64,000 nucleotides of DNA from Patescibacteria group bacterium (GTDB taxonomy: Bacteria; Patescibacteriota; Microgenomatia; PFEM01; JAHIFH01), in NCBI GenBank assembly GCA_035529375.1, contig DATKWU010000005.1:521-64520 (forward strand), in the 5' to 3' direction. Every line of letters starts with the position of its first letter. Positions within the stretch are counted from its first letter, which is position 1. The position numbers and the translations under genes are program-made. The notes below the pieces were generated by a model, which worked only from the letters and a program-made list of their open reading frames with translations, was not told the origin of the DNA and did not search any database. Shown piece by piece: positions 47,412-57,392 of this stretch.

Positions 47412-47547
47412 CCTTTAAAGGAGAAAAGATGTAAGGTTTATCTTGCAAGGAGTATTAAGGCGATCAAAAAAGCTAGGTAAATTAGGGCAAAACACTCGCT
47501 TTAAAGGAGAAAAGGTTTTAAGCTTTATCTTGCAAGGATTATTCAGG
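47412..47547. repeat. Two copies of a ~48-nt intergenic direct repeat (CTTTAAAGGAGAAAAG-TAAG-TTTATCTTGCAAGGA-TATT-AGG), each centred on the palindrome CTTGCAAG
   Basis: Copies at 47412-47460 and 47499-47547, roughly 85% identical. Located in a 515-bp intergenic region between divergent genes. Confidence 0.6.
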
Positions 47548-47913
47548 AGGTCACCAGCAGGAAGAAAGGAGTTTTGTGAGAATCTCGGAGTAGATAGGGC
47601 GCAATGGTTATCAGCATGACATACTAGATGATAATGTATGGAAAATTAATTAAATTTATGGATTTTTTCCTTCCTTCTTATGCCCTACCACCAGAAGACT
47701 AATCGGCTTTAAGTCCAGTCCCAACAATTCTTTCGTTTTTTTCATTAAATGATCCCGACCCTTACTCATTATTTTTTAATCTTTTTGTCTTCACTAGGAT
47801 CAATATTTAGAGAAATAAGCAAGTTTTTAAAGACTTTTGATTAAACCTTGACAAAGTTATAAATATTGATTATTCTTTTTATTAGTACATTTTATTTTAT
47901 TTTCTTTAATCTT

Positions 47914-48228
47914 ATGCAACATCAAAAGAACTGGTTTACCATTTCAGAAGCGGCTAAACATCTTGGTGTCTCCCCTGATACTCTGCGTCGCTGGGAAAAA
48001 GCTAAAAAAATTCCTGCCCCAACAAGAACAGCTGGTGGTGCCCGACGTTATTCGAAAGATCTCTTAAACGAAATCCTAGGTAAAGGCAAGGAAGAAAAGA
48101 AAGCTAGTCAACCAACAAAACCAGAATCTCAAGGTAAATCTTCTAATAAAAAACAGCTTCTAATAGGCTTAATCGCGGCAATTACTACCATGGCTATCTT
48201 TCTCCCTCTTCTCTTTTTCCTTCTCTAA
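47914..48228 (+). CDS. MerR/excisionase-type HTH DNA-binding protein with a C-terminal TM anchor
   Basis: Preferred start MQHQKNW. WFTISEAAKHLGVSPDTLRRWEKAKKIP is an HTH_17/MerR-like motif. C-terminal LLIGLIAAITTMAIFLPLLFFLL is hydrophobic. TTGACA lies at 47849-47854 upstream. Confidence 0.55.
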   Translation: MQHQKNWFTISEAAKHLGVSPDTLRRWEKAKKIPAPTRTAGGARRYSKDLLNEILGKGKEEKKASQPTKPESQGKSSNKKQLLIGLIAAITTMAIFLPLLFFLL

Positions 48229-48389
48229 AAGTTAGGCAAAATTAATCTCCAAACCTCTCATTAAAAATATGAAAGAAAAGGATACTGCCTGCGCAGAATC
48301 CCAAAGTAAAAATATTTTACTCCTTCCTGGGCAGGAAAAATAAGATTTGATTTGGCAGGAATTGGACAGAAGTAGATATATTTTTTACC

Positions 48390-49205
48390 TTAATTAGAAG
48401 TTGATGTTAAGTAGTTTACTATCTTATCAGCAACATTAACTTTGCATAACTTATCATAAACCCTAAATTGAGGACTGCGATTAACCTCGATAACCATTAA
48501 TCTTTTTTTATCAGCTAGTAAATCTACTCCAGCAAACTCAACCTTAAAAACTTTAGTAGCTTTAAGAGCCAGACTTTCTATCTCATTTTGATCAACTTCT
48601 GGTCCTTTCCCCTCTTCTGAATTAACAAATCGCTCATTTGTTTTTCTTTCCATGATTCCTAGAGATTGATTACCCAAAACAATCACCCGCCAATAAACCG
48701 GAGTTTTGATTAATGGCTGGTAAAACCAGTTACCTGAATAGGATTTTTTTGCCTGCTCAATTTGTGGTTGATTTTCAACTCTTATCACTCTTTTTGAATG
48801 ACTGCCAAACTCGGCTTTAAGAATAGCCGGAAAAATTGGCTTATCCAAAGTAGGAATCGTTGGTAAATTATTCTCCTTCAAAACCTCTGCTTGTCTAATT
48901 TTACCTAACTTTGGCCAACTCAAATAAGCTTCCTTATTCAAACATCTAGTTCTCCTGGGTAAGGCTTTAATTAAGGCCATTTTTTCTCTTAGAAATGATT
49001 TTTTGTGACGATGAGCCGCTGAACGAGGAATAACAAAATCAAAATCCTCTAGCTCTAAACCTTGGGGTAAAAAAAGCTTGCTTTTGCTAAATTCTATATC
49101 TTGGTAATTGATGATTTCTGGTTTAATCCCCTTGTATTTAGCAGATTGAGCGAGCCTCTGAGGTTCATATTCAGGTGGAAAGCGAGTAAGAATAAGAAGC
49201 TTCAC
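48390..49205 (-). CDS. RimK-like ATP-grasp ligase (paralogue 3)
   Basis: ATP-grasp C-terminal signature AGVDLLADKKRLMVIEVNRSPQF. Its 4-nt overlap with the upstream gene suggests an operon. Confidence 0.6.
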   Translation of the reverse strand: MKLLILTRFPPEYEPQRLAQSAKYKGIKPEIINYQDIEFSKSKLFLPQGLELEDFDFVIPRSAAHRHKKSFLREKMALIKALPRRTRCLNKEAYLSWPKLGKIRQAEVLKENNLPTIPTLDKPIFPAILKAEFGSHSKRVIRVENQPQIEQAKKSYSGNWFYQPLIKTPVYWRVIVLGNQSLGIMERKTNERFVNSEEGKGPEVDQNEIESLALKATKVFKVEFAGVDLLADKKRLMVIEVNRSPQFRVYDKLCKVNVADKIVNYLTSTSN

Positions 49206-50080
49206 TTTCGGGCTTTTTTAATCAAATACCTAATGATTTCTTTGGCGACGTCAATCTTGGTTCTCTTTTCAAAAACTTCGAACTGAGGGGCTTCATTAAC
49301 TTCAATAACGACTGGCTGATTATTTCGCTTGTCTAAAACCATATCAACTGAAGCAATTTCTACTTTCAAAGCTCGACAAGCTTTCTCTGCTTCTTCTTTA
49401 ATTGCCTGAGGAATTGTTTTCAAAACCTCTGATGAACCTACTGAACGATTCAAAACCAATTTTTCCTCTTTTTTCTGTCTCTTAAAACCGCCTAGAACCT
49501 GATAACCAATCAACATTAATCGATAATCACCGTCGTTAGGAACGTATTCCTGAAGCAAAAAGCCTGTTTTTTCAATCCTTCCTTTAATGGCTCGTTCTAA
49601 AACTTCCTTATCCTTAATTAATAAAGTTCCCATTCCCTGTCTGCCTCCCTTAGAAATCTTTAAAACAAAAGGATATTGAAAATTCTTAGCTTCCTCTAAT
49701 AATCTTTCTTTATTGGAAGCAAAACTTGTTTTGGGATAATTAATCTTATCCCCAGCTAGAATAACGCCACCAATGCTCTTAGCTCTCTTTTCCAAGCCTA
49801 AATCAGTTAAATAGTCATCAACAACAGGAATTTTATGCCTCTGAGCATAAAGAATAAGTAAGTTTGCCCATTCTGTCGCTCCTCCCACTGCCCGAAAATA
49901 GAATAAATTAAAATCTGCTAAAGATTCACCTTCATATAAAATTTTAAATTCGTTCCCCTTTTGTCTCAGGGTCAAATCATCATATTGGATTGGGATCAAT
50001 TCAATCCCTTCCTTTTTAGCGGATTCTAAAAATTTCTCTCCGGTATCAAACCAAACTCGATAAAATAAGGCAATTTTCAT
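49202..50080 (-). CDS. RimK-family ATP-grasp (alpha-L-glutamate ligase-like) enzyme (paralogue 2)
   Basis: YPFVLKISKGGRQGMGTLL...ASVDMVLDKRNNQPVVIEVNEAPQFEVF, typical RimK motifs. Confidence 0.7.
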   Translation of the reverse strand: MKIALFYRVWFDTGEKFLESAKKEGIELIPIQYDDLTLRQKGNEFKILYEGESLADFNLFYFRAVGGATEWANLLILYAQRHKIPVVDDYLTDLGLEKRAKSIGGVILAGDKINYPKTSFASNKERLLEEAKNFQYPFVLKISKGGRQGMGTLLIKDKEVLERAIKGRIEKTGFLLQEYVPNDGDYRLMLIGYQVLGGFKRQKKEEKLVLNRSVGSSEVLKTIPQAIKEEAEKACRALKVEIASVDMVLDKRNNQPVVIEVNEAPQFEVFEKRTKIDVAKEIIRYLIKKARK

Positions 50081-51400
50081 TTAAATTCTCCTAAATTGGG
50101 CTGATTCTATTGGCTCTGGTCTAACTAAAAAGCCCATCAAGTCCCTTAAACCTACTAAGAAAGGTGTTTTTAGGTGTGAACGCCTGGTAACACTAGCACT
50201 GGTTTTAATTCTCCTGCCTTTTAAGTAAAAAGTCAAACTAATTACTTTCCTTTCTTTCCTCTTACCTAGAGCCGATTGATAGTAACGGGTGAAAATCGTG
50301 TTCTCTGGAGTCAATAAGCCCAATTCTTCGGCCAGTTTTTTATCAATCGAGCTCCTTAGAGCTCCGGTATCTATCTTTGCTAAAACAGAGACTGTTTTCT
50401 TATTCGCCGCCTTAATCTTAACTTCCTCGAGAACATTAATAATTTTAGCCCCTTTTTTAGCAAGAACTTTATCAGCAAACCGCTCAGCAAAAAGGTCTTG
50501 GGCAATCTTTACCCCCTTTTCGGCTCCATCGACTGTTAAGCCTTCAACCCTCGCTAATCTCCCTCGTAAGGGCGCTAGATTAGCATTCTGAATATCTAGC
50601 CCCGGTCGAGCATTAAGTTCTAGAATCATTGGTCCTTTTTCCTTATCTAAAATGATATCAACTCCGAAAAAGCCTAACTGAGAAACAACTTCCTGAATTT
50701 TAACCGCTAAAATTAAGGTTTCTTCCCAAAAAGGTAACTTTAAACCATTAATTTTCTTCTTTGTCCCCGGAATAAGCTTAACTCTTCTGCCATTATAAAA
50801 GCCATAGGTCGTGATGCCGGTAGCTAAATCAATTCCCACTCCAATCGCTCCCTGGTGGAGATTAGCCTTTCCTCGAGATTCAGGCGTGGGTAAACGAAGC
50901 ATAGCCATTACCGGCACCTTATTAAAAACGATTATTCGAATATCGGGTGTCCCTCGATAAGTATATCTTTTAAAAATTGGGTGAATTTTAACTCGTTCTT
51001 CAACAAAAGCTTTGTCAGGTAGATTATGAAGGCTAAAACGCCCAGCAAAGATATCAAGAATATGTTGTCTGATTTGACTGATATCAATCTTCTCATCTCC
51101 CATTAAATACCATTCCCCTGCCCATTTGCCTTTTTTCTTAATGACTAAAATTCCATCTCCACCTAAGCCTCGACTTGGTTTAACGACGAAATTACCTGGT
51201 AGTTTTTCCCATTGAAAATTATTCAAATCTTCAATTGTCTCAAAAACTGCGTAAAGTTTAGGATGAGGCAGATTATGCCTGCTGAGAATTTTTTTGGTTA
51301 AAAGCTTAGAATCAGCAATCTTCCTCCCTCTTTTTTTATTAAAGCGGAGATAAACTTGATTACGGGCATTTTTACCTAGGAGATAATAGGTCTTTGCCAT
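50081..51400 (-). CDS. ATP-grasp ligase domain fused to a C-terminal retropepsin-like (DTGA) domain of the RimK-associated so-called Zn-protease family
   Basis: N-terminal ATP-grasp-like region. C-terminal SVLAKIDTGALRSSIDKKLAEELGL carries a D-T-G-A aspartic-protease signature, as in the family found next to RimK-like ligases. Confidence 0.6.
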   Translation of the reverse strand: MAKTYYLLGKNARNQVYLRFNKKRGRKIADSKLLTKKILSRHNLPHPKLYAVFETIEDLNNFQWEKLPGNFVVKPSRGLGGDGILVIKKKGKWAGEWYLMGDEKIDISQIRQHILDIFAGRFSLHNLPDKAFVEERVKIHPIFKRYTYRGTPDIRIIVFNKVPVMAMLRLPTPESRGKANLHQGAIGVGIDLATGITTYGFYNGRRVKLIPGTKKKINGLKLPFWEETLILAVKIQEVVSQLGFFGVDIILDKEKGPMILELNARPGLDIQNANLAPLRGRLARVEGLTVDGAEKGVKIAQDLFAERFADKVLAKKGAKIINVLEEVKIKAANKKTVSVLAKIDTGALRSSIDKKLAEELGLLTPENTIFTRYYQSALGKRKERKVISLTFYLKGRRIKTSASVTRRSHLKTPFLVGLRDLMGFLVRPEPIESAQFRRI

Positions 51401-51403
51401 AAA

Positions 51404-52303
51404 TTAACCTTCTTTTAAAACTCGTCGGAAGCGAAACAATTCTAAAAGCCGTATGCCAGTATAGCGACCAATAAGAATATCAAAAACAGGCACAATAATT
51501 AAAGTCAATTCAGGATTAAGCAGAACAAATTTTTGCAGAATTTGGAGTTTCATTAAACCAAAACAAGAAAAAGCCAAAATCAATGTCTCAATCGTGATTT
51601 TAACCGCTTCCCTTAAACTTCTTCCCTTTTGGACATCAATAAAGGCTTCAGAAAGAAGAATCAAAATGAGAATTGGGAAAATGGAAACAATAGCAATATC
51701 CATCCATTCTAATAAAGGAGCAAAAAGGACTACTAAAAGAACAGCCAAAGAAATAAACCAAAACAACAAGGCCATTCGTGGTAAATAATGAATCCTGATT
51801 CTAATTTTTCTCAAAAGAAAACGGCCAAAGTTAGTCATCGCCAAAATCGCAAAGAAAAGAAATAAACCAGGAATAATCCCGGTCGCATAAAGAGCCACGG
51901 AAATCATGGTAGGCGTAAAAATACCAAATCCACGAATACCAACTAAATGTCGTAAGGCAGCAATCACGGCAACTAGAATAGGTAATAATAAGATCAGAAC
52001 AATCGTATTAACCGGAACACCAGAGACAACGGCTCGATGGATAACGTGTTTAAAAAAATTAGTGATCCCTAGAGAACCTAATTGCTGTTCATTTAAAGCT
52101 CTATCCAACTCTGTTAAAGGTACTTGAGGCTCCGTCAAATTTCCTCTCTGTTCAGGAGGAATTGGCCAAACGAATTGACCCTGAGCCATAAGGCCATTGG
52201 TTTTTCCCAAAACAAAGAAAAAGCTAAAAGCAATTAATAAGAAACAAATGAACTTCTTAATCATCTTAACTCTATTATAGTAAACCGAAATCATTAGAAG
52301 CAA
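51404..52303 (-). CDS. Polytopic membrane protein, candidate 7TM partner of the ATP-grasp/retropepsin operon
   Basis: 299 aa. Signal-like N-terminus followed by about 7 hydrophobic helices. Immediately upstream of the ATP-grasp genes (4-nt gap). Confidence 0.45.
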   Translation of the reverse strand: MLLMISVYYNRVKMIKKFICFLLIAFSFFFVLGKTNGLMAQGQFVWPIPPEQRGNLTEPQVPLTELDRALNEQQLGSLGITNFFKHVIHRAVVSGVPVNTIVLILLLPILVAVIAALRHLVGIRGFGIFTPTMISVALYATGIIPGLFLFFAILAMTNFGRFLLRKIRIRIHYLPRMALLFWFISLAVLLVVLFAPLLEWMDIAIVSIFPILILILLSEAFIDVQKGRSLREAVKITIETLILAFSCFGLMKLQILQKFVLLNPELTLIIVPVFDILIGRYTGIRLLELFRFRRVLKEG

Positions 52304-52312
52304 GAAGAAAGA

Positions 52313-53044
52313 TTACTTGGCTAATTCAGCCTCAATAATCGTTTTGAAGTTTGAAAAAGGCACGGCACCAACTAACATTTGACCATTAATAAAGAAAGTT
52401 GGTGTTCCTTGAACGCCTACCTCCAATCCTAAATCTCTATCAGTTTCTATTACTTGAGTATATTTACCTGAATCAAGACAGGTATCAAACTCTGCTTTGT
52501 TTAATAAATTCAACTGACTAACGAAGTTATCAATATCAGCATCCACACTCTCTTTCCCAGACCACTCCTCTTGGTTTTCGAAAATAAGATTATGCATTTG
52601 CCAATACTGGCCTTGGTCGCCGGCACAACGGGCGGCCTCAGCCATCTTTTGAGCATGGGCATGAAATTGAAGAGGAAAATCATGAAAGATATAACGAATC
52701 TGGTCACCATATTCCTCCAATATCTGAGGATAACTCTCCATTACATATTTACCGCAATAAGGACATTGATATTCAGAAAATTCAACAATTGTCACGGGAG
52801 CATTTTCTTCACCTTTAACCGCCGCTCCTCCACTCTCAATTTTTTTAATTTGTTCTTCACCAAGCACTTCTCCTTGCTCTTGAGCGGCTTGAGGAGCAGG
52901 ACTCGCCTGGGCAATTTCCTTTTTTCCCTCCCCACCCTGGCCTAAAAATCTCATCACAAACATTCCTATCAAAAAAGCGACAATGAGGGCTAAGACAAAA
53001 ATAATTATGGTAGTTAGACTTCGTTCTTTTTTTTCTTCTGCCAT
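52313..53044 (-). CDS. DsbA/BdbD-like thiol:disulfide oxidoreductase, membrane-anchored
   Basis: N-terminal TM helix. Thioredoxin-fold active site EYQCPYCGKY. Confidence 0.8.
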   Translation of the reverse strand: MAEEKKERSLTTIIIFVLALIVAFLIGMFVMRFLGQGGEGKKEIAQASPAPQAAQEQGEVLGEEQIKKIESGGAAVKGEENAPVTIVEFSEYQCPYCGKYVMESYPQILEEYGDQIRYIFHDFPLQFHAHAQKMAEAARCAGDQGQYWQMHNLIFENQEEWSGKESVDADIDNFVSQLNLLNKAEFDTCLDSGKYTQVIETDRDLGLEVGVQGTPTFFINGQMLVGAVPFSNFKTIIEAELAK

Positions 53045-53046
53045 CT

Positions 53047-53235
53047 TTATTTACCTAAATAAATTGCTTCAACTGGACAAGAATCAACCGCTTCCTTTAT
53101 TTTCTCTTCTTCATCACCCGAAGGATTAATTATCTCCGCCTTGCCATCATTTCCAAGCTTAAATGTTTTGGGGGCAAGAATTGTGCAGGTGCCGCAACCA
53201 ATACATTTTGCCTTGTCAACGGCAGGTTTTCTCAT
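53047..53235 (-). CDS. Small 4Fe-4S ferredoxin
   Basis: 62 aa. CIGCGTCTILAP...SCPVEAI, single-cluster ferredoxin-like Cys pattern. Confidence 0.7.
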   Translation of the reverse strand: MRKPAVDKAKCIGCGTCTILAPKTFKLGNDGKAEIINPSGDEEEKIKEAVDSCPVEAIYLGK

Positions 53236-53270
53236 AACTTGGCGTATCCTAACATTTCTTTAGCCTCAAG

Positions 53271-54221
53271 TCAACTTTTTTGACCCCAGGAAGGCGCAGG
53301 CGTAGCTCCCTGATGAAGGTATTGGTAAACACCGGCCGCGGCCCGGGCACCGTCAGAGGCCGCAGTAATAAACTGACGAAAAAGAATCCCCCCTTGAATA
53401 CTAGCAATATCACCAGCCGCAAAAACTCCAGGAAGACTAGTTTCCATACCTGGATTGACTTTAATATAACCACCCTCATCAATCTCAATCCCTAAAGATT
53501 TGACTAAACTAGAAGTGGGTATTTGACCAATCTCAATAAAAACCCCGTCTACCTTTAATTCTTGATTATCTTTGTAAGGATTTTTTAAAATAAGACTCTC
53601 AACCTTTTCTGTCCCTTTAATTTCTTTAACTTCATTAGACAAAACCTCTTCGACCTTATCTGTTTGTTTCATTTTTTCCACCCAGGTTGGTTCAGCCCGG
53701 TATTCATCGCGGCGGTGAATAATATAAACTTTTTTAGCAAATTGAGCGGCATGAACAGCGCTGGTAACAGCGGAATCACCTCCACCAACGATAGCAACTG
53801 TTTTCTCCTTAAATAAAGGAATATCGCAATTAGTACAGTAAGAAACGCCCCTACCGATTAACTTATCTTCGCCAGGAATATTAAGAGAACGAAAAGAAGC
53901 TCCCATCGCCAAAATCAAAGTTTTTGCCTGATAAGGTCCTTTATCAGTCTTTACTTCAAAACCATCCCCACTTTTCGCTAAACCACCAACTCTCTCCTGT
54001 TTAATTTCGACCTCATATCTTTTTACCTGTTCAATCATCTTTTGCATCAATTCAGGTCCAGGAATAGATAAATAGCCGGGGTAGTTCTCGACTGTCCCTG
54101 CTAGAGTTCCTTGCCCTCCAGGCGTTTCCCCAATCAGCAGATGGTCAATTTTATAACGACTGGCATAAATAGAAGCCGTCATTCCGGCAACGCCAGCCCC
54201 AACAATAATCAAATCATTCAT
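53271..54221 (-). CDS. trxB: Thioredoxin reductase
   Basis: FAD GxGxxG ([16 protein letters not shown]). Redox-active CTNC. NADPH site [10 protein letters not shown]-terminal GDIA motif. Confidence 0.88.
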   Translation of the reverse strand: MNDLIIVGAGVAGMTASIYASRYKIDHLLIGETPGGQGTLAGTVENYPGYLSIPGPELMQKMIEQVKRYEVEIKQERVGGLAKSGDGFEVKTDKGPYQAKTLILAMGASFRSLNIPGEDKLIGRGVSYCTNCDIPLFKEKTVAIVGGGDSAVTSAVHAAQFAKKVYIIHRRDEYRAEPTWVEKMKQTDKVEEVLSNEVKEIKGTEKVESLILKNPYKDNQELKVDGVFIEIGQIPTSSLVKSLGIEIDEGGYIKVNPGMETSLPGVFAAGDIASIQGGILFRQFITAASDGARAAAGVYQYLHQGATPAPSWGQKS

Positions 54222-54534
54222 TCAAAACCTCCTCAATTAATTTTCTATAACCTTCTTTACCAGGAAAGCCGATTTGTTTCTTGACTGCTTTGCCTTCCTT
54301 GAAAATAATCACGGTGGGAATACTCATCACCCTATACTCTTGGGCTGTCTTGGGATTTTCATCAACATTTAATTTTCCTGCTTCAATTCTGTCTTGGTAC
54401 TCTCTGACTAACTCTTCGATCACTGGGCCTGCCATTTGACAAGGACCACACCAGGGTGCCCAAAAATCAACAAAAACCGGCATTGCTGCCTTTAAAACTT
54501 CCTGATCAAAATTTTTATCAGTTAAATCGATCAC
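54214..54534 (-). CDS. trxA: Thioredoxin
   Basis: [10 protein letters not shown] active site; 106 aa. Overlaps trxB by 8 nt. Confidence 0.9.
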   Translation of the reverse strand: MIDLTDKNFDQEVLKAAMPVFVDFWAPWCGPCQMAGPVIEELVREYQDRIEAGKLNVDENPKTAQEYRVMSIPTVIIFKEGKAVKKQIGFPGKEGYRKLIEEVLNE

Positions 54535-54732
54535 TCTTAACTCCTCTTAAAACAGAAGTCATTAAAGCCATAAATTCTGCAAAACAACCAAAATCAAAAT
54601 TAAAGTCACCACTGCTAAAAGTAAAAGGAAATTTCTTTTTTCAAATAAAGACTGACTCGTTACTCTTGTCTTTCTCCGAGTTGTTTTTCTTTTTGTCGCT
54701 TTCTTTTTTCTTGCCATCTTCCACCTCCTTCC

Positions 54733-55491
54733 CTAGCTAGCAAGCCAGCCGCCATCAACATATAAGACTATTCCGGTAATATAGTCAGCTTCATCACTAG
54801 CCAAAAAGGCTGCCGCTCTACCAATGTCTTCAGGTTTACCTGCTCTACCTTTAGGTATTCTAGCTAACGTTCCTTTTAATTGTTCTTTATCCTCGGTAAT
54901 AAACTTGGTCATATCAGTATCCACTAATCCCGGCGCAATTGCATTAACATTAATCCCTTTTGGTCCCAACTCAACTGCCATTGCTTCGGTGAGGGCCACT
55001 GAGCCGCCTTTAGAGGTCGCGTAATGGGCAATATTACTTGAGCCAATCCCCACGCCTCCAGAGGCAACCGAAGCCATGTTAATAATCCTTCCGCCTGGAC
55101 CCATTAATTTCAAAGCCGCTTGAGAACAAAGAAATTGGCCTTTTAAATTAACATTAATGACTTTATCCCACTCTTCTTCAGGAATCGCTTCGAAAGGATG
55201 GACAGTCAGAATACCAGCGTTATTAACTAAAATATCTAATTTTTTCCACTTACTGCTAATCTCTGCAAACATTTTACTAACCGAAGCCACCTCAGAAACA
55301 TCGGCTTGAACAGCAAAGGCTTGACGGCCCATTTTTTCAATTTCCGTCACCACTATTTGAGCCTCTTCAATCTTGGAATGGCAATTGATAATCACATCCG
55401 CCCCTTGTTTAGCTAAGGCCAAAGCAATCCCTCGGCCAATACCCCGAGAAGCACCCGTCACTAAGGCTTTCTTTCCTGTTAAATCAAACAT
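54733..55491 (-). CDS. Short-chain dehydrogenase/reductase (FabG-like)
   Basis: TGASRGIGRGIALALA (Rossmann), NNAG, and the YATSK catalytic Y-x3-K. Confidence 0.8.
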   Translation of the reverse strand: MFDLTGKKALVTGASRGIGRGIALALAKQGADVIINCHSKIEEAQIVVTEIEKMGRQAFAVQADVSEVASVSKMFAEISSKWKKLDILVNNAGILTVHPFEAIPEEEWDKVINVNLKGQFLCSQAALKLMGPGGRIINMASVASGGVGIGSSNIAHYATSKGGSVALTEAMAVELGPKGINVNAIAPGLVDTDMTKFITEDKEQLKGTLARIPKGRAGKPEDIGRAAAFLASDEADYITGIVLYVDGGWLAS

Positions 55492-55512
55492 TATTTCACC
55501 CCCCCTCCTTTT

Positions 55513-56061
55513 TTATATTAACAAAATATTTAAGCCAATAAATAAGAATAACATTAAAATAACAAAAAATTTCTGTTGACGAAAAGTAATTTCTGTCTTA
55601 ACCTGCCAAAAGAGCCAACGATGAAGTTGCTCATCCTTACCCCGAACTAATAATTCAAACTCATCTTTTAGTAAATGCAAGGCCATGGCTATTACTAAAC
55701 CACTACCAAAAAGACTGCCAGTCGAAGTCAAAACAAAAAAACAAATAACATAAAGAATCAATTGAAAAAAAGCGCTATGAAAAGATAATCTAAACCTTTC
55801 TTCTTGGGTATCAACCAATAAAATTAGAGCTTCTTTAAATTGACGTTTATCAACTAATTGTTTCACCCTAATACTAGTTAACTCCTGAGGGTAGATGAAT
55901 AAAGTGTAGAGCAAGTGATCAAGGTCAAGAAGAAAAGTGCCTATTAAACCTCCTAGCCAGAGAAAAATGAGATTCCAGTGCCAACTCCAACGCAGTAAAG
56001 TAACTAGTAACAACCAAATAAAAGTAATGAGTAAATGACTCCTTATTTCTTTTTTAAGCAT
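55513..56061 (-). CDS. Membrane protein of unknown function
   Basis: 182 aa with about 4 hydrophobic segments. No motif recognised. Confidence 0.4.
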   Translation of the reverse strand: MLKKEIRSHLLITFIWLLLVTLLRWSWHWNLIFLWLGGLIGTFLLDLDHLLYTLFIYPQELTSIRVKQLVDKRQFKEALILLVDTQEERFRLSFHSAFFQLILYVICFFVLTSTGSLFGSGLVIAMALHLLKDEFELLVRGKDEQLHRWLFWQVKTEITFRQQKFFVILMLFLFIGLNILLI

Positions 56062-56777
56062 AGCTTTCTTAAAGCTTGGGCATTCTCAACCGCATAACCC
56101 AGGGCATCGTTGTTAAAATAGGCATAAATATCAAAACCCTGATTTTGCCAAACTCTGATCTTTTTTGCCCACTGCCTTAATTCTCTTTCAGTATAGCACG
56201 AAGAATAGAGTTGTGTCCTGCCATGAAAGCGGAGATAAACAAAATCAGCGGTTACTTCTCTGGTGATCGGCCAACCAGGATTATCTTGAAAAACAAGGGC
56301 AATCTTATTCTGCTTAAGAATTTGGTAGATTTCATCCGTCAACCAACTTTTCTCTCGGAATTCAAAGGCATAACGCCATTTTTTGGGCAGGTTTTTTAAA
56401 AACTCAACTAATCTTTCAGGGTTAGCCTTAAATCTCGGAGGCAACTGCCAAAGAACAACCTCTTTATTATTTTTAATCCCTTCAGCATTTTTAAAAAACC
56501 TTTTGACTGGTTCCTGACATTCCTTTAACTTCTTCATTTGAGTAATATAGCGACTACCTTTAATCGCAAAAACAAAATTCTTGCCTGCTCGTCGCCGCCA
56601 ATCTTTAAAAACCTCTTTTTTGGGCAGGTGATAAAAAGAAACATTTAATTCCAGGGTGTCAAAATGTCGGCAATAATAATCAAACCACTTAGATTGGGGC
56701 AGGTTTTGAGGATAAAAAACTCCTTTACCCCAATGAGAATAAGAAAAACCAGAAGTACCTATAAAGATCTTTCCCAT
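56043..56777 (-). CDS. DUF72 (YecE-like) family protein
   Basis: N-terminal IGTSGFSYSHWKGVFYP...FDTLELNVSFY is characteristic of DUF72. Confidence 0.75.
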   Translation of the reverse strand: MGKIFIGTSGFSYSHWGKGVFYPQNLPQSKWFDYYCRHFDTLELNVSFYHLPKKEVFKDWRRRAGKNFVFAIKGSRYITQMKKLKECQEPVKRFFKNAEGIKNNKEVVLWQLPPRFKANPERLVEFLKNLPKKWRYAFEFREKSWLTDEIYQILKQNKIALVFQDNPGWPITREVTADFVYLRFHGRTQLYSSCYTERELRQWAKKIRVWQNQGFDIYAYFNNDALGYAVENAQALRKLCLKKK

Positions 56778-57061
56778 AAATGCTTTTTCAGATCAACGTG
56801 TTTTTTATCTTTAAACTTTACGCCATCCTTTAAAAGCTTTTTTCTCTGCTCTCTAAAGCTTGGCGCTAATCTCCCCTCTTGACTAACGACTCGATAGCAA
56901 GGAATTGTTTTGGGATCAGGATTCCGATGAAGGGCGTTGCCAACTGCCCGAGCGGCCTTTGGCTTGCCCAGCTTAGCGGCAATTTGACCATAGACCGCCA
57001 CTTTACCAGCCGGAATTTGCCTAGTAAACTGATAAACCTTTTGAGAAAAACTTTGTTTCAC
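56759..57061 (-). CDS. MGMT-family (O6-alkylguanine-DNA alkyltransferase-like) DNA-binding domain protein
   Basis: 100 aa: HTH region (VYGQIAAKLGKPKAARAVGNAL) and IPCYRVV (compare the PCHRV active-site motif). Only the C-terminal domain is present. Confidence 0.65.
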   Translation of the reverse strand: MKQSFSQKVYQFTRQIPAGKVAVYGQIAAKLGKPKAARAVGNALHRNPDPKTIPCYRVVSQEGRLAPSFREQRKKLLKDGVKFKDKKHVDLKKHLWERSL

Positions 57062-57391
57062 CTATTTTGCCTCGTAGATAACTTTTTCTTTTTTCTTTTC
57101 CTGCCATTTTTTCCTTAGCTCTGTTAGCTTCCACATAAACAATCTGGCTGGATTTTCTACGTTAGAAGCATCTTTAACAAAATTCCTGGCTTTTTCGAGC
57201 ATTGGCCGAGGCAATTCCTTAGCCAATTTAATATAAAGAGCTTTCCGCTCTAAATCATTTAATTCTTCGGCTAAACGATAGCCAAAATCCTGAAATTCCC
57301 GAGAAATATATTTTTTTTCATCCCAACTAAAATCTTTCAGAACATCGCCAATTGCCTGAAGACCTTTTGTTTTATCTCTCTTTTTCACCAT
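57062..57391 (-). CDS. Hypothetical protein
   Basis: 109 aa, charged. No recognisable motif. Confidence 0.35.
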   Translation of the reverse strand: MVKKRDKTKGLQAIGDVLKDFSWDEKKYISREFQDFGYRLAEELNDLERKALYIKLAKELPRPMLEKARNFVKDASNVENPARLFMWKLTELRKKWQEKKKEKVIYEAK

Positions 57392-57392
57392 T

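Noticed and set aside
53249-53488. 79-aa minus-strand ORF overlapping the trxB 3' end, and plus ORF 53280-53495
   Set aside because: Alternative frames of the well-supported trxB gene.
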